A stretch of DNA of 64,000 nucleotides from Eledone cirrhosa (GCA_964016885.1 OZ024746.1:82770001-82834000), one strand, 5' to 3'; positions 16,759-32,750 are shown, numbered from the stretch's first letter. The notes: generated by a model from the letters alone, not told the origin. Translations and numbers: made by a program.

Positions 16759-16872
16759 GGGGATGGGCAAACTAATTTTCTCTGAAGATGAAGAGAAACA
16801 ATAAAACAGAGCCAGATAGAGTTAGATATGGCCTGGGTCACTATTTCTCTCACTGTGTGTGTGTGTGTTTGT

Positions 16873-16937
<65 letters not shown>

Positions 16938-17185
16938 TGTCTGTGTGCGCGTGTGTTTGTGTGTGTGTGTATGTATTTATTCTTTTCTTTATCCGACAAA
17001 TTCATTCATTCATTTTTACTGTGTATTATGATACGCGTTTTGATCATGTCACAAGCATGCACTCACATGCATGCACTCACATGCATATAAGTGCATACAT
17101 AAATACAGAAAGATATATATAGCGAGAGAGAGGGGAAGATATACTACATACAGATTCAGGCTTAGAGATAAGGGCGTACACACAC

Positions 17186-17241
<56 letters not shown>

Positions 17242-18257
17242 GGATGTATATTCTTCAGCACGTTCAATCAAATAGATACATGTAAACACATAATCATCAT
17301 TCTATGAAACATGCAAAATATACACGCGAGAGGAGCCTAAGAATCGGAGCGTCGAACAAAATTCCTTCTAATCGATATTTCTTCTTAGAGCAAAGTACGA
17401 AACAAATTTCGATTAGTATTTGTGAATGTCCATGACCGTCTTTTAGGTCGATTATTTCTCACGTTTTAAAATGCTTTAAATACATCATCTCTGTGGTTGC
17501 TTAACCCGGTGAAGGAATCAGTCAAATGTCCCTCATATCGCGCACAGAGGATGGACACATTGAACAATAGAGTCCTAGATGCTTTACGTTTGGACACACA
17601 ACACACAAAAAAAAGATGGGATGTTTCCAGCTAGAACACATTAAGACTAAACAACAATAATAACAACAGCAACAGCATCAACAAAAACAGTATTTACATG
17701 ACGAATCGTTGTTTCTCTTCAAACAATTTAGTGTCACATACATAGAATGCCAATTATTTGACTTGTGTTTAATAGTCTCCCTCTTTAAACATCTCCATTC
17801 AAACAATATATACTGTAAAGTAACAACTAGCTGTTCAAACACAGCAACTTAGTCTCACGAGCCTTTTGTCACACAACACCCATGTCACACACACTCACTT
17901 TACCCTTGTTTACCTATTCTATTTTATTATACTTTATTTTATACTAGGGATAGAAAGAGGCTAGAACTGGAAGAATAACTACGGAAAGAGGGAAGGTAGA
18001 AAGGGAAGAATAACTACGGATGGAAAGAAGCAAGAAGGGGTGGAATAACTACGGCTGGATGGAGGATATTTATATGTATTATATATTGATCGTTTTTTTT
18101 TGGCTATGCGAATGATTGTTTAACCATCGTCTCAGTGTGTTTGGCCTTTAACGTTTGTTATAGCTCTGGTTCATCTGAATCATTGAGCACTTGCCGCACA
18201 TCTCGGAAGTTGTTTTTCGTTATTTCGTCGGCCGAAATGCGATTCTCGATAATTTAT

Positions 18258-18315
<58 letters not shown>

Positions 18316-18405
18316 GTATATTCTTTCCATCCATAGCTATTCTTCCCTTTCTAGCTCCCTCTATCAGTAGTTATTGTTCCCTTTCTACCCTCCCTCTTTC
18401 CAGAG

Positions 18406-18501
<96 letters not shown>

Positions 18502-18579
18502 CGTGTGTGTATATGTGCCCTTGTGTGTTTATGTTGACTGATCGTTTATGGCTCATAAACTGGTTGACAAATGAGGGTT

Positions 18580-18685
18580 AATAAAGTATGTACCGAGGTC
18601 AATACGATCGATTAAATCCTTTGAGGGCGGTGCCCCAGCATGGCCGCACTCTAATGATTAAAGCAAGTAAAAGGTGATAAGGATA
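18580..18685 (+). mobile_element. SINE 3' module (gcggtgccccagcatggccgca); inverted copy at ~3285-3405
   Basis: aaatcctttgagggcggtgcc matches the reverse complement of ggcaccgccttgaagggattt at 3327. Confidence 0.55.
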
Positions 18686-19484
18686 GATACACGGTGGAGT
18701 AGATGGTCGAACAAAATGCCTTGCGATATTTGTTCTAGCTCATTGTGCTATGGGTTTCAAGTTCTGTTGTGGCCTACTTGATGGTAGACTAAATTGGTTG
18801 CGAAAATATATACATACATGGCGGCAGTGAAGGTGTGTGGTTTGGTGGTTAGGATGTTCGGCTCATAATTACAATGTTTGATTTCCGGTGGCACGTTGTG
18901 TCATTGAATAGGAAATTATCTACCGTTGTTTTAATTCGTTCAGCTGGCAAAAATGAGTTATATCTACAATTCAAAGAGCTATCCTTGTCCCACACTGTTT
19001 CACACCTGAATTTCCTTGGGCATTACTTGCCTATAAAATACTCAACTACTTGCAGGTTAATTTCAGGAGCAGGCTGTTCCATTGATCGAATAATGCACCC
19101 ATAAACAGCGTGTTAGAACGTCGGCTAAAATGCTTCGGGTTTTTGCTCCTGCTCATTGAGTGATAGAATTTATTTGACTCACAGTCTAAAATCATCACCT
19201 GGTTCATGGGTGGTTTTAATCTTTTCTCAATATTCAGGCCAGGTCTCTGGCTTGTGGAGAGCATTCTTACACCCTCCCTTCCTCTTCATTGCCAGCACGC
19301 TTGGGGAGCACACACAATACCCTTTCTCCCTGCTAAGCCATAAACGTACTCACATATACATACATGTATATTTTTATATTGGACGAGTGTTTTCCGTTTT
19401 CAAGACAATGGGAGAGAATTCAGGGGTGATTTGGCTGCTATTTCTACCAGGGCGAGTGATCAGGTAGTGGCCTCCTCCTTTCAT

Positions 19485-19654
19485 TCTTCTTCTTCTTCTT
19501 CTTCTTCTTCTTCTTCTTCTTCTTCTTCTTCTTCTTCTTCTTCTTCTTCTTCTTCTTCTTCTTCTTCTTCTTCTTCTTCTTCTTCTTCTTCTTCTTCTTC
19601 TTCTTCTTCTTCTTCTTCTTCTTCTTCTTCTTCTTCTTCTTCTTCTTCTTCTTC
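19485..19654. repeat. Pure (TTC)n tract, ~170 bp
   Basis: Uninterrupted ttc repeats. Confidence 0.97.
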
Positions 19655-19878
19655 CACAATACGCTCTAACTATTTCTCTTTCTTGCTTCTTGCCACCTCT
19701 GTTGGTTTTTGGTGACAAAGAATTCTACGAAGCTCTTTACATTGTCACTGTAGGTAATTGGTATGCCGCCTGTCTACACCTGACACAGTGGTGTAATGTG
19801 TGAATAGGTTGTCACGCCACTTATTTGACACAATGTTGTGGTTCCTTTTCACTTCAGATGACCGTACCATTAACTTGA

Positions 19879-20934
<1,056 letters not shown>

Positions 20935-20935
<1 letters not shown>

Positions 20936-21545
20936 ATCCTTCCTCTCCTTGCTCTCCTTTTCTCTTTGCTCTCCTTGCTCTTCTTTTCTCATTGCTCTCC
21001 TTGTTCTCCTTTTCTCATTGCTCTCCTTGCTCTCCTTGCTCTTCTTACTCTCCCTTTCTCCTTACTCCCATTGCTCTCTCTGCTCTCCTTTTCTCATTGC
21101 TCTCCTTGCTCTCCTTTTCTCTTTGCTCTCCTTTTCTCTTTGCTCTCCTTGCTCTCCTTGCTCTTCTTTTCTCATTGCTCTCCGTGTTCTCCCTTTCTCA
21201 TTGCCCTCCTTGCTCTTCTTGCTCTCTATTTCTCCTTGCTCTCCTTGCTCTCTTTGCTCTCCTTTTCTCATTGCTCTCATTGCTCTCCCTTTCTCATTAT
21301 TCTGCTTGCTCTCCTTTTCTCATTGCTCTCCTTGCTCTCGTTGCTCTCATTTTATCCTTGCTCTCTTTTTCTCATTGCTTTCTCATTGTTCTCCTTGCTC
21401 TCCTTTTATCCTTGCTCTCCTTTTCTCATTGCTCTCCATTTCTCATTGCTCTCCTCACTCTCCTTTTCTCATTGCTCTCCTTGCTCTCCCTTTTTCTTTG
21501 CTCTCTTTGCTCTTCTTTTCTCCTTACTCTCCTTTTTTCCTTATT
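20935..21545. repeat. Pyrimidine-rich minisatellite (ttgctctcc / ttttctca units)
   Basis: Many ttgctctcc(t) units; these generate the spurious Leu/Ser/Cys ORFs. Confidence 0.9.
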
Positions 21546-21609
21546 TCTATGTACTCGGTATTGAGTAATATATATATATATATATATGTATCTATATACA
21601 TATATACAT

Positions 21610-21692
21610 CCTTCCATGCTGAAGGGTCTTTGTCGAGGAAATCGGTGCTGATAGAAAAATCTCGTGAAGAAAGTTTTTGTACCAGGAGTTAT
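21610..21692 (-). pseudogene. Second short fragment of the same transposase
   Basis: Direct repeat of ~20717-20790; translates (with one frameshift) as ITPGTKTFFTRF..ISTDFLDKDPSAWK. Confidence 0.7.
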
Positions 21693-22269
21693 ATTGTTCT
21701 CGGATACTCGTATATAAAAAACAATTATATAAAAATAGAATGAGAAAAAGGGGGCAAGGAGAAATATGAAAGCAAGGATAGTAAGCAGAGTATATATATA
21801 TATATATACATATATATACATATGTATATATGTATATATATACACATATATATATTACTCAATACCGAGTATTCATTTCTCTCAGCTGTCAACCCCATGC
21901 GGAGGGCCCTTAGCAAGTTGCCTCCCCCATTATATTTATTGTCACTTATCCTTCTAAAACCAAGAATAAGTCTGAACGAGTTTTCAATTTAAGAGAAAAT
22001 TATATAAGAGATATAAAAAATTTTTATCTGAAAAAAATGACTTTCCGGGCGAAAACTTCAAACTTTCACGGTCGATGAGGGTCACCTTGCAGTTGTCCCT
22101 TGAGCTAACGTTTTGCATAGATTGGTTGTTTTGTTTATTGGAACAAGATGGGGTGGGGGGTGGGGGGTGGGGTGGGTGGGTGAGAGCTAAACTTTTAAAA
22201 AGTTGAAAAATATATATATGAAAGAGTCCGACCCCCGACGGATGAGTTCCTGCCGTTTCAACAGCTAGT

Positions 22270-22312
<43 letters not shown>

Positions 22313-23221
22313 GAGAAAAACCACAGACCCTCCATCTCAACTCACCTTTTAAAAAGCAGAAGAACTGCGAAACCGGTAAAGGAACCAAATAAATATATAT
22401 ATATTTTTTTTAAAATAAGACTCCAGTTGCATTTTCGATTTCATCTTTTTTTCTTTATACTTTCACTCGTGTAGGACACCTCGGTTATTTTTCATTTTGT
22501 AAAAAAAACCTCACTTTCTAATATATATATATATATATAATGTGGCATCGTAGTGTTATCAAGTACCAGCAGAAAGAAGGTTTAGCCTCAAGGTCATTCA
22601 TGCTGACATGGTTCCTACATTAGGCTAAGGTCGTTTCATCTGTAGGGAAGGTGATGGCCCCAGTTTTGGAGGATGCAAAAGGTTGACACTTTTCATTCCA
22701 TTGCTCATTAGGACGTAACCTGAATTCATATTCTAAAGTCTCAGATATGTGTTTTTTTTTGAATTTAAGTATCATATAATAGATGTCACACTGCTCAGTC
22801 TGTCTTCCCCTATTCTCTTTCCTTACTTTTTCTACTCCTCAGTGTTATTCTTCTTTGTCTCCACGTTGGACTGCAGTCCATATTATTCTTTTCTGTTTTT
22901 CTATTTCTCTCCTTTCTAAATCCTTTCTCCTTTGGCATAGCCCTAAGTTGCACTAAGGATACTTTTTCGCACTTATTTGTGTATCTCGCCGAAAGGCATA
23001 AATTATCCTGTCTTTGTACCTACCTGTTTTGTTATGTTCCAATATGCACTGAAATGAACAGTTCAAACTTAAAGTACCGAAACTGTATTGGTTTCCAGAG
23101 GTTGACTGAGGAGATGAGGCTGTCCAATTTTCGTTCTTTTTTTCTATTGTCTTTGTCCTGTGTGGCCACAATGTTTTGAATTCATGTCTAAAGTCTTAGA
23201 CATGCGGGCCTTTTTTTGAAA

Positions 23222-23298
<77 letters not shown>

Positions 23299-24036
23299 AG
23301 GTCTGCGGAAATGCATAAACATCACAACTTTTCATTGTTCGTACCCTCACACCCTAAAAAGTAGAGTCTATTTAATATGTCCCATATTTCCTTTCCCTTC
23401 GCCCCCCTCCTTTCTTCGTCTTCTTCATTTCAAACATATTTATCACCACTTCAATCCACCCTCCCCGTCTTTAATTAACACCAACTCCGCTCTCGTATTG
23501 CGACCCCTCCTCCTTTTTCTTTCTGGGAACTAATAAGCGTTGAACCCTAATGTCTCACCCGTTTCATTTCTTCATTTTTCTACTGAAGGAATCTTTATAG
23601 GTTTTGTGTCTGTTAAGCTGTCGTATAGACACAGCAATCTTTCCATTCGCGCTCAATTTGACCTTTTGAGATCATTTCAGTAATTTTTCATTTTCTCGTC
23701 TCCCCACACCAGAGAAGAATCATATGAAGGGAGAAAACAAAAACAAAACAGGAAAAGCAAGTCATGACTAAAAACAATGGTAGTGGTGGTGGTAGTGGTG
23801 GTGATAGTGGTGGGGTGACGATGAAAAAGTCAATCAATCGAATTATGGTTAAACTTAAAACAATAACAAAAATATGTTAGAAATAAACGTGTCAATATTT
23901 ATTTTCTACCCTCTCTTCCCATTGTACATATATTCATACACACGCATGCACGCATGCACGCATGCACGCACTCGCTTGAGCACAGTTGTACATCAAATCA
24001 GATAACACATACGCATACACACAAACGCAAGCATAT

Positions 24037-24081
<45 letters not shown>

Positions 24082-24106
24082 TATATATATATATATATAT
24101 ATACAT

Positions 24107-24173
<67 letters not shown>

Positions 24174-24439
24174 TATACATACATATACACTTATAAAAAT
24201 AGCAAAGTTACACACGGAGAAAATGAATCACAATCACATGGGACGAACGAACAGAAGTATCTATCTACATCGGGCAACCCCTGGGCAATGCAATTTATAT
24301 ATATATATATACAGGGGCGGTGGAACTGGGGACGGGGCAGGTGGGCCATGGACCCCTCAATTATTATATTTTTCCTCCCAAACTACCAAAACACATATCT
24401 ATTTGTATATGCGCTACAATATATGTACATGTTATGAAG

Positions 24440-25228
24440 AGACAGATGGGAGAGATAGATATAAAGAGAGGGAGAGTTTGGTGGTGATGGAGAGAGTGAG
24501 AGGGAGTGAGAAAGAGTGTTGTATAGTAGATATAGAGAGGGGGATAGTTTGATATAGTGAGGGGGGTTGGGAGAGTGTGTTGTATATTAGATATAGATTG
24601 GGGGAGAGTTTGGTGATATTTGATATTGAGAGGGGATTGGAAGAGAGTTCCATCTAGTAGATATAGAGAGGGGGAGAATTTGGTGTTACTTGATATTGAG
24701 AGGGGGATTGGGAACAGTATCTTGTATTGTTGATGTAGAGAGGGGGAGAGTTTGGTGGTAATGAATAGAGTGAGAGGTTTGCTAGAGATAGGTTGTGTAG
24801 TAGATATAGAGAGAGGGAGAGTTTGGTAGTGATAGATAGAGTGAGGGGGAAGGGGAGAGAGTGTTGTATGGTAGATATATAGAGGGGGATAGTTTGTTGT
24901 TCCTTGATATAGAGAGGGGGGTTGAGAGAGAGTTCCGTGTAGTAGATATAGAGAGGGGGGTAGTTTGATGTTCCTTGATATAGAGAGGGGGGTTGAGAGA
25001 GAGTTCCGTGTAGTAGATATAGAGAGGGGGTTGGGAGAGAGTTCCGTGTAGTAGATATAGAGAGGGGGTTGGGAGAGAGTTCCGTGTAGTAGATATAGAG
25101 AGGGGGTTGGGAGAGAGTTCCGTGTAGTAGATATAGAGAGGGGGTTGGGGGAGAGTTCCGTGTAGTAGATATAGAGAGGGGGTTGGGAGAGAGTTCCGTG
25201 TAGTAGATATAGAGAGGGGGAGAGTTTG
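24440..25228. repeat. Purine-rich minisatellite, homogenised to a 38-bp unit at the right end
   Basis: gagagagttccgtgtagtagatatagagagggggttgg repeated over ~24985-25220; longer, diverged units lie to the left. Confidence 0.9.
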
Positions 25229-25856
25229 AGTGTGTGTGTCTGTGTGTGTTTATTTATTTATTTTTTTACATTGAACTCGATGCCAACACTTTGCAATAAC
25301 TTTACTATTGATGGTTCTCCAATAAGGTGGAGAGTTTGAATTCAGCAAGCAAAGAATCGGAACGTATTCTGCAAGGCATCTCTGACACTCTATCAATTCC
25401 TGCAAATCTACCGCCTTGAACCGGTACTTTATTTATCGACCCCGACAGAATGAAAGAAAAAATTAATTTCCGTGGAATTTGAACTGATATCGCAGAAACC
25501 GGAACAAATACCATGAGGTATTTGATCCAATGCTTTAGTAACTCTGCAGTCACCATCTTGTAGTTGTTCAAGAATAAGATAAACTACAAACAAGTCTTTG
25601 AAGGCATGCGAAGGTTCTGAGTGCAACTAAACAGTCCAGACTAAACAGTTCAAAACAAAAGTAGCTTCAATCGTAAATTGAAACCAAAATACAGTCACGG
25701 CTCACTGTACTCTTCCATATCCGGCTGTATAGGCGCACGTTTGTCAATAAATATCAATAATGTAAATTAACAGACTATATCGAATTCTCCTTACAAGAAA
25801 TAAAGACTTGTGATTAGCTGAGAGCTAAAAAAAACACGAAAACAAACAAACAAACG

Positions 25857-25915
<59 letters not shown>

Positions 25916-26341
25916 GCAAAAAAAAAAAAAAAGTACCAAACAAAGTCGTCATTATAAATTGTGAGAATGTCTGAGCAATGCTCCGAAATTATAGTCGATC
26001 TAAATACACATTTAGATGGTTCAAATCTCACATCCAAAATCTATTTATATGTTAATTGAGTGACGTCCAAATCCATTAGACTGAAATCAATCCATATAGT
26101 TAATACTAAGTTAATAATGCGAGAGAGACAGCAAGCTGAAGTAGAAGCAACGGACCTGAATGGATTTTCTATTATGGAAGTGATTATCATCATCAATCAA
26201 CAACAGTTGATTCTTCGAGAAAGCTATTTTTGTCTGAACAGATATTATTTCTTTGTCAGTACTAGAAGAAGTTTACTTTAGTATTGTTTCATACGACAGG
26301 TTATATATAATATAATATGTATATAATATTTATATAATACA

Positions 26342-26379
<38 letters not shown>

Positions 26380-26633
26380 TAAATATGATACCAGGAAACT
26401 AGACAGGAAGATATGTGTGTGTCTGTGTATAATTTTAAAATTTACATACGCACAAACACAATGTATTTCCTATCTCAGTCTTATTGCTGCTACAAGAAGT
26501 TCACTTTCCAATCACAAGATCTTGTTTACTAACCCTACTTTTGTCCCTGTAAATAGTTATTTTTCCAAAGTTACTTATACAAACACACTGGAATATGTTC
26601 AAATACCAAACCTGGATGACAAAATTTGAATAC

Positions 26634-26750
26634 GTTTCGCCGTATTTTGACTAAAGAAATTAGCCTGATAGTATTTTTTTTCCATTTAGAGGGATTAAAA
26701 AAAAACCGACTATCAGGCAAATATCTTTAGTCAAAATACGGCGTAAACTT
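26634..26750. repeat. Imperfect inverted repeat homologous to the 34.2-kb palindrome family
   Basis: gtttcgccgtattttgactaaaga...cctgatagt / actatcagg...tctttagtcaaaatacggcgtaaac resembles tttcaccgtattttagactaaaga...cttgatagt at 34155. Confidence 0.75.
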
Positions 26751-26814
26751 CTATTTCTACTTAATTTTAAACTTCGGTCGCCGTCTTCAAAACAAAAGCT
26801 TGATATATATATAT

Positions 26815-26899
<85 letters not shown>

Positions 26900-27224
26900 A
26901 ATATATAATTTAGACAAAAAACCAAAGACAGCACCTCAAATCATTTTATTAATTTCTACGCCCGTTTCTATTCTAACGAAACACAATCGCAAAACATAAT
27001 TAATGATTTGCAGATTAACTAATTAATCAATCAATCAAATCAATAAACAATTGTAGTTACATACCACAAAACTCGTATTAGATAAGGATCAAGTAAGGAT
27101 CAGGTAAGGATCTGCAAATAACAAATATAAAAATATCGTCTTTGTGAAAATATCGCTTATGTTTGAAAAAATGAATGGACTATGAAATGATGGCATTTTC
27201 TAATTAAATATATATTTGTGCTTG

Positions 27225-27373
27225 TACGGTATGTATGGTATGGTCCTGTAACTTCTGGTAGAGTCGTAGGGAGGCCGTATTGACATACGGCGTTTCTTGG
27301 ACATTTTAAGACTGACGGAGCCCATCCCTCTCCAGGTCTGAGTACAGAAAATTTCTTCCAGGGAAAGCTAGAA

Positions 27374-27418
<45 letters not shown>

Positions 27419-27690
27419 TGGGGTGGGGTGAGAAAGAGATATAGAGGAAGAATCCACCCCAGTACTGATACTTTTTTATCGACCTCTAAATGATGAAAAG
27501 CAAAGTTGACCTCGGCGGGATTTGAACTCAGAAGGCAGAGAGCCGGAACGAATACCAAAAAAGCATTCTATCAGACGTTCTAACGACTCTGCCATTCTAT
27601 CAGACGTTCTAACGACTCTGCCATTCTATCAGACGTTCTAACGACTCTGCCATTCTATCAGACGTTCTAACGACTCTGCCAATTCGCTGT
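27225..27690 (-). mobile_element. Composite SINE (tRNA head + AG-rich linker + distinct 3' module); second copy at ~40765-41110
   Basis: Both loci have atggtcc.gtaac...gagtc.tagggg...gtattgacatacggcgtttct.gg.ca...ctga.ggagcc...tttcttcca, then an AG-rich stretch, then the SINE body. Confidence 0.7.
27564..27679. repeat. Perfect 29-bp x4 tandem repeat inside a SINE head
   Basis: cattctatcagacgttctaacgactctgc repeated four times with no spacers. Confidence 0.95.
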
Positions 27691-27847
27691 CTTTGTGCTA
27701 GTATACATAAACTAAATTACAGCATGAGGATTTATGGTTTATACATTAATATATTTTTTGTTGCTTTAATTAACTCGCATGATGGTTAACACTGGTGGTT
27801 TCCGCTGCCCGACTTAGGGACCTTTCTTGCATATTTGGTTTTTTAAA

Positions 27848-28695
27848 CCACACCATACCGCACCATACGAAACCACAGTACACTACACCACACCACACCT
27901 CACCACACCACACCACACCACACTACACAACACTACACAACACTTCACCACACTAAACTACACCATACCACACCAAACTACATCACATCACACCACACTA
28001 TATCACACCCTACCGCACAATACGAAATCACAGTACACTACACCACACCACACCTCACCACACCACACCACACCACACTACACAACACTACACAACACTT
28101 CACCACACTAAACTACACCATACCACACCAAACTACATCACATCACACCACACTATATCACACCGTACCGCACCAGACGAAATCACAGTACACTACACCA
28201 CACCACACCTCACCACACCACACCACACTACACACCACTACACAACACTTCACCACACTAAACTACACCATACCACACCAAACTACATCACATCACACCA
28301 CACTATATCACACCGTACCGCACCATACGAAATCACAGTACACTACACCACACCACACCTCACCACACCACACCACACCACACTACACAACACTACACAA
28401 CACTTCACCACACTAAACTACACCATACCACACCAAACTACATCACATCACACCACACTATATCACACCCTACCGCACCATACGAAATCACAGTACACTA
28501 CACCACACCAAACCTCACCACACCACATCACACCACACTATATCACACCGTACCGCACCATACGAAATCACAGTACACTACAGCACACCAAACAACCTCA
28601 CACGACACTAAACCACACCACATTACACTACACCACACCACACTACACAATACCACACCACACCACACCACACCACACCACACCACACCATACCA
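27848..28695. repeat. ~155-bp higher-order minisatellite built from CACCA/CACTA pentamers
   Basis: Anchor ccgcac.a.acgaaa.cacagtacacta recurs at ~27858, 28013, 28168, 28318, 28473 and 28553. Confidence 0.9.
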
Positions 28696-29163
28696 CTTTC
28701 TGTTTGTAGAAATGTACGTATCATTGTTTTTGTGCCAATGACGAAAATACCACCTAAATTACAAACAAATAAAGAAACAAATAAAAACAAGATTACTGGA
28801 TAAAACTTAACCAAAACTCCGCCATCCACCGACCCGCTGTACATAAATGATGAGGTCAAAAGTCTTAAGTGATGTGATGAAGTGAGTGTGACGTGAGTGA
28901 CTTTGTGAATTCTCTGTCACATATTTACTACAGATTCAATCTGAAACTGCCTTTGTTTCGACATCTGACAGGGTTGCTCTTTGAAATCTCTGAGACGAAT
29001 CACGCACGACATCATCTCCTTCACCTCGTCAGTCCACGCTCGGTTTAGTATCCGACGACCCGCCACCACTCTAACACGTGTCTTCTGTTTCAGTCGTGAA
29101 CGAATAGATGAATGAATGGATGACAGCAGGTCTGTTAGAAGGAAAAGGTGGACACGGACATAC

Positions 29164-29250
<87 letters not shown>

Positions 29251-30098
29251 TACACATTTACACATACACGGATACGCATACACGCACGTACGTACACAAA
29301 CACATATAATCATAAACAAAAAATCACATGCACAAGCACACACACACACACACACATATATACGAACACACTTGTACATGCACATAATATACAACAATCA
29401 TAAACAAAAATATCACGCATATGAACACACACACACACACATGCACGCACGCACACACACACACATGCACACATACACACACACACATATACTCATGTAC
29501 ATACATATACAATCATAAAAACAATAATATCACGCGCATGCACAAAAAAACAACAACATATAGACAGACATAAATGTAGAGAGAATCACCCTGTGAAATA
29601 TCAAATTGCTCAGCCATTAAAGTCCGGTCTTTATATCCTTTTGAATAACTAATGAAGCCGTTTAAAACAAGAAGCAGTTAGTCGTATCTTATTGTTTCTA
29701 CAATGATGCCGAGTTCGATTGTATAAACAACGCCATAAAAAGCCAACTTCAGCCTTCTAAATCTTCTTTATCGGCTTACCCTTTTCTTTAATAGGATGCT
29801 GTTACTGTTATGTTTTTTTTTATTGTATTTTATATTGTCGTCGACATTGTTAGTGCTATTGTCTATCTAGTGCTATTGTGATTGTTCGTCTTGTGGCTGA
29901 CACCTATCTACATTGCTCTTTCTCTCTCCCTCTCTCTCTTTCTCTCTCTCTCTGTGTCTCTCTCATTTCTCGCCACCACCACTTCATGTCTTGACCCCGT
30001 CAGATGTCGTCTTAATTAATAGTTTTGTGGTTGTGGCCAGTGTCTATAGCAGTTGGTCAATCAATGCTGCAATAGCTGTCTCCATAGTTGTGGTACTG

Positions 30099-30149
<51 letters not shown>

Positions 30150-31671
30150 ATGTTTCTGATTTAGGCACAAGGCCAGCAATTTTTTGGGGAAGGAGAAAGT
30201 CTATTAAATCGACCCTAGTGCGTTACTAGTACTTTATTTTACCAACCCCAGAAGGATGAAAGGCAAAGCTAGTCTTTGAACTCGGAATGTAAAGTGCCGT
30301 AACTATATGCTGCGAAGCATGATTATAATAATAATTATGATGATAATAATTTCTTCTTTTGGCCACAAGGATCCATGACATTGGGGACAGTATAAGGACG
30401 AAAAACAACCAAGGGTGAGATTTACATTGATCAAAGAAAAGGGAACATCATTTCAATAAAATATATTGTAATAAATAATAATGATAAAAATACAAACAAT
30501 AACGAACGTCAAGGAGGAAAAGTTCCCCACTAGGAATGGGTTGCATTTTAAGGCAATTCCAGGGAACCCCTCGCATAAGCCCCTGGATTACTCTGTTGCA
30601 GAAAGTGAAGTGAAAGTTCCTTCTCTCGATTTTTTTCTTCATGCTTAGGAAGGCAGGTATAGTCAGAGTAGACCGATTCAGCTTCGTCAATTTCGCCAAA
30701 TATTAGGCTTGAACACATAAACATGCTGTAGTTATGCACCGGAATCCTAGGAGACCAAAACATAACCTAAAAGGAAATTGAAAAATGATGAAATATACAA
30801 CCTTGAAGATCAAAGTTGCACGAATGTGTTTGATAACACCAAAAAACATCAACATAATTCCAGTGGTCAGGGCTCGATACCATTAATGCTGGGAGAATAT
30901 CTTAAGCAAATAGACCTCCACCAACACATTTCTCCCCTACAAAAGATGCCCTTTTGGGTACTGTGCATGTACTCAGAGAACTACTCTTTGTTTATTCAAT
31001 AATATAGATAGTTTCTGATTTAGGCAAAAGGTCTGGAAATTATGAGAGGAGAAGTCGATTAAATCGACTCTAGTACTTGACTTAGAAGTTTATTTTATCG
31101 GCCCGAGAAGGATAAAAGGCTAAATTGCTCATGGCGGGATTTGAACTCAATAATAATTGTTTTAATATGATTCACCTCCATAGTTACTAATGATCGTTTC
31201 CATAGTTACATTACTAGTTAGTGTATGTTTGTAGTCTACTCTACACTTACTGTAAAGGTAATCGTATCATAGCAGCTGTCACCGTACTTATCTCACTTGT
31301 TCGCCTTTGTAGACTGGCCTATAGTTACCTTGACTATCATAAATAGAGCAACCATCTCTATAGTGACAATAATTATTTATTTATCTCATAGCATACATTT
31401 TGTGAACAATATAGCATTTGGTTCACTTAATTTCCAATGGCGAGAGTGACAGAAAACACAAACAAGAATATTTGTTCAAACAGGCTTATTTATCGGTTTT
31501 CACGCTGAACCCAAGAATCTGATAAAATAACCCCCTGCAACCTAGAAAAATGGTCAGATGAATCTCTGATGGAACAAATTCTTAAGTCAACGGGAATTAT
31601 TTCATACTTTTTAAGACAGCGGTTGTTTACACCTCTAGCTACAGTCTTAAAAGGTGAAAGTAGTGGCCGGT

Positions 31672-31957
31672 AGCTCTTTAGCTTAGTGGGTAACGCCGTA
31701 AATGTGATGAAAAGTTCGATTTCTTGCAGACACTTTTAACAACCAGTTTTCTTAACTCATTTATAGTGATCGACTATATGGTATTTTTACATTGGGACAT
31801 CAACATTTTAAATTTCCCTAATGCTTCTTAAGTCAATGGTTGTTTACACTTCTAGTTACTGGTCGAAACTATTCTAAAAAGGCGGATCTTTAGCGTAGTG
31901 CTTAACACACTCTTCTGACATCTAAGAGGTGCGGGGTTCGATTTCTCGTAGGCACTT
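31672..31957 (+). pseudogene. Two tandem degenerate tRNA-like sequences (~31672-31733 and ~31882-31957)
   Basis: A-boxes tagcttagtgg / tagcgtagtgc and B-boxes agttcgatttc / ggttcgatttc. The acceptor stems do not pair. Confidence 0.45.
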
Positions 31958-32170
31958 CTGTCCAATTTTTTTCTGTTTCCTGGGATATTTGAATTTTCCC
32001 AACACTATTATTATGGTCATTTTTGCGTTGGGATGACTACATTTCAAATTATAATAAATCATATTCCCTACGTACCATTACCTGATGTCATCCACGGTGG
32101 TAACATTGTACTCCCCAAATTACCCAATATCTATTTTATTTTTCATCCCTCCGTGGTCCGTAATACATTC

Positions 32171-32201
<31 letters not shown>

Positions 32202-32710
32202 TACAAAGCTAACCTTAGCGGGATTTGACCTCAGAACATAAAGGGGCGTAACTCTATGCTGCGAAGCATGTTGTCCGACGCTCTACTCACACACATATAA
32301 TGATCTTATATTACCATATCACTCATTTCTAAAAGATACACTACAAAAATTTGTGCAACGTCCGAATCTCTAAATTTTTATCCTTTAAATACTATGGTTA
32401 ATTGTTCTCTTCGTCTTCTCCTTTTCTTTCTCTTTTGTTCATTTATTTAGTTGTTATTTTTTTTCTTGGCTCCTCTGTTGTATATGCTGCTGTTTTAAAT
32501 ACATCTTTATACTACTGACTATAATAGTATCTGCGTATGGTGTCTATGTATGATGTCTGCATATAATATCTGCAAATAATACCACTATACACATTTATTT
32601 CATGAAATGAAGTCTATTCTTTTTGAATAAATCATAAAAGACTCGAGAAAATAAATTGAAATGATGGATTTGAAGAATAAAAACAGCAAAAATCAAACAT
32701 ACACACAAGT

Positions 32711-32750
<40 letters not shown>

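Noticed and set aside
27564-27679. 29-bp x4 repeat resembling a CRISPR array
   Set aside because: The units are head-to-tail with no spacers, lie inside a SINE head, and have no cas genes nearby; the context is eukaryotic.
30448-31002. Possible host exon(s)
   Set aside because: Short ORFs with no recognisable domain and no convincing splice context. It may be an old TE fragment, as may 22540-23210 and 3646-3860.
31882-31957. Functional tRNA gene
   Set aside because: The acceptor stem is unpaired and the anticodon loop is the wrong size; kept only as a tRNA-like pseudogene.
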